A DNA stretch of 64,000 nt from an uncultured Actinomycetota bacterium. Its GTDB lineage: Bacteria > Actinomycetota > Actinomycetes > JACCUZ01. This document shows, in pieces, positions 58,364-64,000 of this stretch. Where the stretch lies: positions 36,899-100,898 of the forward strand of contig CAVWQZ010000011.1 in NCBI GenBank assembly GCA_963757295.1, read 5' to 3'. Both the position numbers and the translations under genes were made by a program. The first letter of the stretch is position 1. The number at the start of each line of letters is the position of its first letter. Below the pieces are notes generated by a model, which was given only the letters and a program-made list of their open reading frames with translations, was not told where the DNA came from and made no database searches.

Positions 58364-58382
58364 CTGACGCTAGGGTTCGCGC

Positions 58383-59309
58383 ATGCCTGATGTCCCCGTG
58401 CGCAAGATCACCAAAGCGGTGGTCCCTGCGGCCGGACTGGGCACGCGCTTCCTTCCCGCCACCAAGGCGACGCCGAAGGAAATGCTCCCCGTCGTCGACA
58501 AGCCCGCCATCCAGTACGTCGTGGAGGAGGCGGTCGCGGCCGGCCTCACCGACCTGCTCGTCATCACCGGCCGCAACAAGAACACCCTCGAGAACCACTT
58601 CGACCGCAACCTCGAGCTCGAGGCCGCGCTGGAGGCCAAGGGCGACACCGAGCGGCTGCAGCGCGTCCGCGAGGCGGGGGTCGCCGCGGACATCCACTAC
58701 ACGCGGCAGGGTGAGGCGCGCGGCCTCGGCCACGCCGTGCTCTGCGCGGCCCGCCACGTCGGTGACGAGCCGTTCGCGGTGCTGCTGGGCGACGACCTGA
58801 TCGACTCGCGCGACCCGCTGCTCGCCACCATGCTCGATGTCCGGGCGCGCTACGGCGGCAGCGTCGTCGCCCTCATGGAGGTGCCGCAGGAGCAGATCGG
58901 GCTCTACGGCTGCGCGGCCGCCGAGCCGACGGGGGAGGACGGCGTCGTACGCGTCAGCGACCTGGTCGAGAAGCCGGCGCCGGACGAGGCGCCGAGCAAC
59001 CTGGCCATCATCGGGCGCTACGTCCTCTCACCCGCCGTCTTCGAGGTGCTGCGCAAGACCGAGCCGGGCCGCGGCGGCGAGATCCAGCTGACCGACGCGC
59101 TGCGCACGCTCGCCGGGTCGGCCGATGACGGGCCGGTGCACGGCGTCGTGTTCACCGGCCGTCGCTACGACACCGGTGACCGGCTGGAGTACCTCAAGAC
59201 GGTGGTGCGCCTGGCCTCCGAGCGTGCCGACCTCGGGCCGGACTTCCGGCAATGGCTGCTCGAGTTCGTCGACAAGGACACGTGGGAAGCAGGCAGGCCA
59301 GCAGGATGA
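58383..59309 (+). CDS. galU: UTP-glucose-1-phosphate uridylyltransferase
   Basis: AAGLGTRFLPATKATPKEMLP and VEKP motifs. Confidence 0.95.
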   Translation: MPDVPVRKITKAVVPAAGLGTRFLPATKATPKEMLPVVDKPAIQYVVEEAVAAGLTDLLVITGRNKNTLENHFDRNLELEAALEAKGDTERLQRVREAGVAADIHYTRQGEARGLGHAVLCAARHVGDEPFAVLLGDDLIDSRDPLLATMLDVRARYGGSVVALMEVPQEQIGLYGCAAAEPTGEDGVVRVSDLVEKPAPDEAPSNLAIIGRYVLSPAVFEVLRKTEPGRGGEIQLTDALRTLAGSADDGPVHGVVFTGRRYDTGDRLEYLKTVVRLASERADLGPDFRQWLLEFVDKDTWEAGRPAG

Positions 59310-60529
59310 AGTCAGTAGACCAGCACCTCACCGACCTCCTCTCGGGCATCGAGGCGATCTCGCCGCTCGACCTGCAGCTGCTCGACGCGCACGGCTGCAT
59401 CCTGTCCGAGGCGGTGGTCGCCGACGTCGACCTGCCGGCGTTCGACAACTCCTCGATGGACGGGTACGCCGTGCGCGTCGCCGACGTCGCGGACGCCTCG
59501 GAGACCAATCCGGTGAAGCTGCCCGTCGTCGGCGACATCGCTGCCGGGTCGTCGTCGGCCTACAGCGTGCAGCCCGGGCTCTCGACGCGGATCATGACCG
59601 GCGCGCCGATCCCGGCCGGCGCGGAGGCCGTCGTACCGATCGAGTGGACCGACCAGGGCCTCGCCTCGGTGAGCATCACCCGCGCGCCGAAGCCGGGTCA
59701 GTACATCCGCCGCGCCGGCGAGGACGTGCGCTCCGGCGAGCTGGTCCTCGACATCGGCACCCGGCTCGGGCCGGGGCAGATCGGGTTGCTCGCCGCCGTC
59801 GGCCGCGACCGGGTCAAGGTCCGGCCCCGGCCCCGCGTCGTGATCATCTCCACCGGCAGCGAGCTGGTGGAGCCGGGCCAGCCGACCCGCGCCGGCCAGA
59901 TCCACGAGTCCAACTCCTACATCCTGACGACCGCCGCCCGCGAGGCCGGCGCCACCGTCTTCCGGGTCGGCATCGTGCCCGACGAGCCGCACAAGCTGAT
60001 GGACGCGATCGAGGACCAGCTGATCCGCGCCGACCTGGTCCTGACCAGCGGCGGCGTCAGCGTCGGTGCCTACGACGTCGTCAAGGAGGTCCTCTCCCGG
60101 CTGGGCACGGTCGCGTTCGAGCAGGTCGCGATGCAGCCCGGCAAGCCGCAGGGGTTCGGCACCATCGGCCCCGACAGCACGCCGATCATCACGCTGCCCG
60201 GCAACCCGGTGAGCTCCTACGTGTCGTTCGAGGTGTTCGTGCGACCGGTGATCCGGCGGATGCTCGGCGTCGAGCCGCTGGGCCGGCCGATGGTGCGCGC
60301 GGTGTGCAAGGAGGCGATGACCTCGCCCGAGGGGCTCCGGCAGTTCGCCCGCGCGTGGATCGACGTCGAGGAGGGCCGGTACGTCGTGAAGCCGGTCGGC
60401 GGGGCGGGCTCGCACCTGGTGGGCGACCTGGCCCAGGCCAACGCCTTCGTCGTCATCCCCGAGGACGTCACCGAGATCCCGGCCGGCGGTGCGGCCGACG
60501 TCATGGTGCTCGAGCGACGCCTGTCATGA
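59306..60529 (+). CDS. moeA: Molybdopterin molybdotransferase / gephyrin-like Glp
   Basis: SMDGYAV, SGGVSVG, QPGKP and LPGNP motifs. Confidence 0.93.
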   Translation: MKSVDQHLTDLLSGIEAISPLDLQLLDAHGCILSEAVVADVDLPAFDNSSMDGYAVRVADVADASETNPVKLPVVGDIAAGSSSAYSVQPGLSTRIMTGAPIPAGAEAVVPIEWTDQGLASVSITRAPKPGQYIRRAGEDVRSGELVLDIGTRLGPGQIGLLAAVGRDRVKVRPRPRVVIISTGSELVEPGQPTRAGQIHESNSYILTTAAREAGATVFRVGIVPDEPHKLMDAIEDQLIRADLVLTSGGVSVGAYDVVKEVLSRLGTVAFEQVAMQPGKPQGFGTIGPDSTPIITLPGNPVSSYVSFEVFVRPVIRRMLGVEPLGRPMVRAVCKEAMTSPEGLRQFARAWIDVEEGRYVVKPVGGAGSHLVGDLAQANAFVVIPEDVTEIPAGGAADVMVLERRLS

Positions 60530-61008
60530 CCGAGGGCTTCACCCACATCGACGAGTCGGGCGCCGCCCGCATGGTCGACGTGTCCGGCAAGGAGGTCACC
60601 GCGCGGAGCGCGACTGCGACCGGGCGGGTTCTCGTCTCGGCCGAGGTGGTGCGGCTGCTGCGGGCCGGCGGGGTGCCCAAGGGTGACGCGATCGCGGTGG
60701 CCCGGATCGCCGGCATCCAGGCGGCGAAGCGCACGCCCGACCTGGTGCCGCTCTGCCATCCGATCGCCGTGCACGGTGTCGACGTCGCGCTGCAGGTCGA
60801 GGACGACGCGGTCGCGATCTCGGCGACCGTGCGCACCGCCGACCGGACCGGGGTCGAGATGGAGGCGCTGACCTGCGTGGCCGTCGCCGGTCTGGCGCTG
60901 ATCGACATGGTCAAGGCGGTCGACCCGTCGGCGACCATCACCGACGTCCGGGTCGAGCGCAAGACCGGCGGGTCGTCCGGCGACTGGCGACGGGGGGACG
61001 GGTCATGA
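60526..61008 (+). CDS. moaC: Cyclic pyranopterin monophosphate synthase
   Basis: MVDVSGK, LVPLCHP and GVEMEAL motifs. Confidence 0.95.
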   Translation: MTEGFTHIDESGAARMVDVSGKEVTARSATATGRVLVSAEVVRLLRAGGVPKGDAIAVARIAGIQAAKRTPDLVPLCHPIAVHGVDVALQVEDDAVAISATVRTADRTGVEMEALTCVAVAGLALIDMVKAVDPSATITDVRVERKTGGSSGDWRRGDGS

Positions 61009-61478
61009 AGGCGCTGGTGGTGACCGTCTCCAACCGCGCGGCCGCCGGCGTCTACGAGGACCGCAGCGGTCCGGTGCTCGTCACCGGCCTGACCGAGATG
61101 GGCTTCGAGGTCGACGGCCCGCAGGTGGTCCCCGACGGTGAGCCGGTGGAGGCGGCGCTGCGAACCGCGATCGCCTCCTCGGCGTACGACGTGGTCGTCA
61201 CCACCGGCGGCACCGGCATCGCACCCACGGACCGCACGCCGGACATGACGTTCCGGGTGATCGACCGCGAGCTGCCCGGCATCGCCGAGGCGTTGCGGGC
61301 CTACGGCGTCGAGCACGGGGTGCCGACCGCATCGCTGTCGCGGGGAGTGGCCGGCACGGCCGGGACGACCCTGGTGGTCAACCTGCCCGGCTCGCAGGGC
61401 GGCGTGCTCGACGGCATCGCGGTGCTCGCGCCGCTGCTGGCGCACGCCGTCGAGCAGATCCACGGCGGCGACCACTGA
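61005..61478 (+). CDS. moaB: MogA/MoaB molybdenum cofactor biosynthesis protein
   Basis: TTGGTG, SRGVAG and NLPGS motifs. Confidence 0.9.
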   Translation: MKALVVTVSNRAAAGVYEDRSGPVLVTGLTEMGFEVDGPQVVPDGEPVEAALRTAIASSAYDVVVTTGGTGIAPTDRTPDMTFRVIDRELPGIAEALRAYGVEHGVPTASLSRGVAGTAGTTLVVNLPGSQGGVLDGIAVLAPLLAHAVEQIHGGDH

Positions 61479-61491
61479 ACGGCGCCCCCGG

Positions 61492-62127
61492 ATGAGCGCG
61501 GGTGGCCGGTGACGCTGCAGCACGGCCGGGTCGGGCTGCGGCCCATCCGCCAGCGTGACCGCGACGCCTGGGTGGAGGTGCGGGCCGCCAACGTCGACTG
61601 GCTCGCGACCGTGGGAGGCCACGCCACCGCGGCCCACTGCTGACCGCATCGGCTTCCGGGCGATGGTGCGCGCGCTGAAGGCCTCGGCGCGGCAGGGGCT
61701 GGTGCTGCCGTTCGTCCTCACCTACGACGACCGGCTGGTCGGCCAGGTCACCGTCGGCGGGATCACCTGGGGCTCGCTGTGCTCCGCGCACATCGGCTAC
61801 TGGGTGGACTCGCGGGTTGCCGGCCGGGGCGTGATGCCGACCGCGGTGGCGCTCGCGGCGGACCACGCCTTCGGCGTCGTGGGCCTGCACCGGCTCGAGA
61901 TCAACGTGCGGCCGGAGAACACCGCGTCGCTGCGGGTGGTCGACAAGCTCGGCTTCCGCGACGAGGGGATCCGCCGCCGGTTCCTGCACATCGCCGGTGA
62001 CTGGCGCGACCACCGAACCTTCGCGCTGACCGCCGACGAGGTGCCGGACGGGGTGCTGAACCGGTGGCTGCGGCAGTCGGCGCGAGCCGTCCTGACGTCA
62101 CATTCGTCACACCAGTCCCACTACTGA
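61492..62127 (+). CDS. rimJ: RimJ-like GNAT N-acetyltransferase (frameshift ~61610)
   Basis: PWEAT, IGYWVD, LHRLEINVRPEN and WRDH motifs. Confidence 0.88.
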
Positions 62128-62187
62128 TCCTGCGACACACCGCCCACGGTGCGTGAACGCCGCTGCTCGCGCACCTACCTTCAAGTT

Positions 62188-62989
62188 GTGGGCAGTGGAG
62201 TGATCTATGCGGCGCTCCTCGTCGGATGGGGCATGTACTTCGTTCCGCGCTGGGTCCGCCGTCACGAGGAGCTGTCCGAGGCGCGCTCGGTGGAGAAGTT
62301 CTCGCGGGCGATGCGGATCCTGTCGCGGCGGGCGCCCACCCCTGACCAGCGCTACGTCGTGATGCCGGCGCGAGCGGACCACCAGCCCCGGGCTCGGTCC
62401 CGGCGCGTTGCCCCGCTGGCCATGCGCCGGCGGCGGATCCTGGCCGGCCTGGTGCTGACCACGCTGGTCGTCAGCCTGGTGACCCCGTTCACCCCGCTCC
62501 CGTGGTGGGCCCCGGTGGGCCTGCTGGCGGTCACGGTTGCCGACGTCGTACACCTGCGCATCCAGGCGCGCCGCCAGGGCGATGTCACGCGGACCCGCGC
62601 GTCGGTGCGCCGGCGAGCGCGGCTGCGGCTGCGGCGCTTCGACTCGGTCGAGCGCATCATCGCCTCCCGCCAGACCCTCGCCCAGGAGCGTGCGGCCGCG
62701 CTCGCCGAGCGCCTCGCCGCCGAGGCATCCGCGGAGGCGTCCGCCCGTGAGGAGGCCGAGCGGCTCGCTGCGGCCGCGGCCGGGTGGCAGCCCGTGCCGG
62801 TCCCGCTGCCGACCTACGTGAGCAAGCCCAAGGCTCCGGACCGGCCCGCGGCGCGGCCGCTGACCGAGCAGCAGCCCTTCGACCAGACCGAGATGGCACC
62901 GCTCGTCGAGGCCACGGCCGGCGACGAGATGAGCGAGACTGGACGAGCTCGACGAGATCATCGAGCGGCGCCGCGCGGTCAACGACTGA
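62188..62989 (+). CDS. GlpR/SepX (Rv0996)-like divisome membrane protein (frameshift near the end)
   Basis: N-terminal TM; FSRAMRIL, RRRR + 2 TM, WQPVPVPLPTYV and RRAVND*; synteny rimJ-X-tRNA-Ala. Confidence 0.75.
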
Positions 62990-63079
62990 GCGCTCCTGCG
63001 GCGCCGGGTCGGGTCGTCGCCGGTTTGGTAGCCTCGTGCGGCACCGGACCAACCGAGTGAAGGTCCGATGTCTGCACCC

Positions 63080-63152
63080 GGGGCTGTAGCGCAGCTGGTA
63101 GCGCACCTCGTTCGCAACGAGGGGGTCAGGGGTTCGAGTCCCCTCAGCTCCA
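63080..63152 (+). tRNA. tRNA-Ala(CGC)
   Basis: GGGGCTGTAGCGCAGCTGGTAGCGCACCTCGTTCGCAACGAGG...GTTCGAGTCCCCTCAGCTCCA. Confidence 0.95.
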
Positions 63153-63349
63153 CCCAGGTCAGAGCCACACCGGTTGGCTAGCGGGGCACATGTACCCGGG
63201 CAGTGACGAACAGGCATAAAGCGAGGCCTGGTGGCCCGATTGGGCTAGGCACGATGGGCCATGGCGGACTCCGCTACTCGGAGTAGTTTCCTCGGCGAAC
63301 TGCGTGACTGGTCAGGGTCACGCCCTGCGATTCGTCGGGGGGACCCACG

Positions 63350-64000
63350 ATGTTCGACGTCCGCAACTTCTTCGCCAGGATCGCTCGACCCCACCTCCGG
63401 ACGGCCACCGTGATGGTGACCGTGGTGGCGACGTCGGCGGCGTACGTGGGTCTCTCGCTGCCGCCGAAGCCGGCACGGGCGGCCGACACGGAGACGACCG
63501 CACTCGTGAACCTCTTCGACGACCTGACGACGTTCGTCCCGCAGCTGGCCGGCGTCGGGCAGTTCGCCCAGGCAATCCCCACCCTGGATATCGTGCCGGG
63601 CGGCGAGAACGGGATGGGTCTGTCCACCCTGCTCTCCGAGGCCAAGACGTCGATTCTCACCGGCCTCGGCGGAGCGGCGGACATCGATGACTTCGTCGCT
63701 GCCATCGATGGCGAGAACGGCAGCATCAGCAGCGGCCGGAACGTGTCCTTCACCGCGACCAAGAGCACGAACGGGACCGTCGACTCCGTCACCGTCGGTG
63801 TGCAGGCGACCCGCACGATCAACAGCGGCAAGCTGGACATCAGCGACGACTCGCCGGCGTTCACCCTGTCGTCCGGCGGCGGGGTGCATGTCGAGCTCAC
63901 CCTCGCCGCGTCTTTCGTCCTCAACTACGACTCCAGCAACCCGGCAACCTGGATCACCCGGACCGGCTCGACCCCCAGCCTGACGATCGGATTCTCGGCG
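63350..64000 (+). CDS. Secreted protein, N-terminus only (runs off the window)
   Basis: ATG 63350; signal peptide ending PARA-ADT; frame open to the window end. Confidence 0.7.
   Translation, partial: MFDVRNFFARIARPHLRTATVMVTVVATSAAYVGLSLPPKPARAADTETTALVNLFDDLTTFVPQLAGVGQFAQAIPTLDIVPGGENGMGLSTLLSEAKTSILTGLGGAADIDDFVAAIDGENGSISSGRNVSFTATKSTNGTVDSVTVGVQATRTINSGKLDISDDSPAFTLSSGGGVHVELTLAASFVLNYDSSNPATWITRTGSTPSLTIGFSA

Overview
High-GC actinobacterial chromosome segment. It carries conserved core blocks: DUF3027/sacsin-like ATPase/DUF2530/NCS2/MarR-MFS, serC-citA-pdxH-ideR, and mscL-SAF-mtnP-fmdB...5-FTHF ligase-galU-moeA-moaC-moaB-rimJ-glpR-tRNA-Ala. Accessory blocks sit around tRNA-Arg(CCT) and between fmdB and the K+/H+ antiporter. 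Roughly half the genes have 1-3 single-base frameshifts, including housekeeping genes, which most likely reflects unpolished long-read errors; such genes were reconstructed across frames and their ends are approximate. All family assignments come from motif recognition, not database searches. Main observations: (1) an unannotated ~175-nt minus-strand unit after pdxH with its own promoter, a 17-nt stretch complementary to the 16S rRNA 3' end, a 12-codon ORF, a structured body and a terminator; (2) an 18-aa, 6-Cys micropeptide at the head of the arsenic operon, overlapping a possible CTG start of the aquaporin; (3) a three-gene module of a small YLDxGTGS membrane protein, a kinase-like/methyltransferase (NoeA-like) and a Thr-type sulfatase-fold transferase; (4) a class F sortase with a Cys-repeat (QCN) substrate; (5) an RGPP arrest-peptide leader in front of a fused secDF; (6) an orphan T6SS Hcp gene; (7) two NlpC/P60 genes, each with its own c-di-AMP riboswitch; (8) a three-site direct-repeat regulon around a PepSY two-component system.
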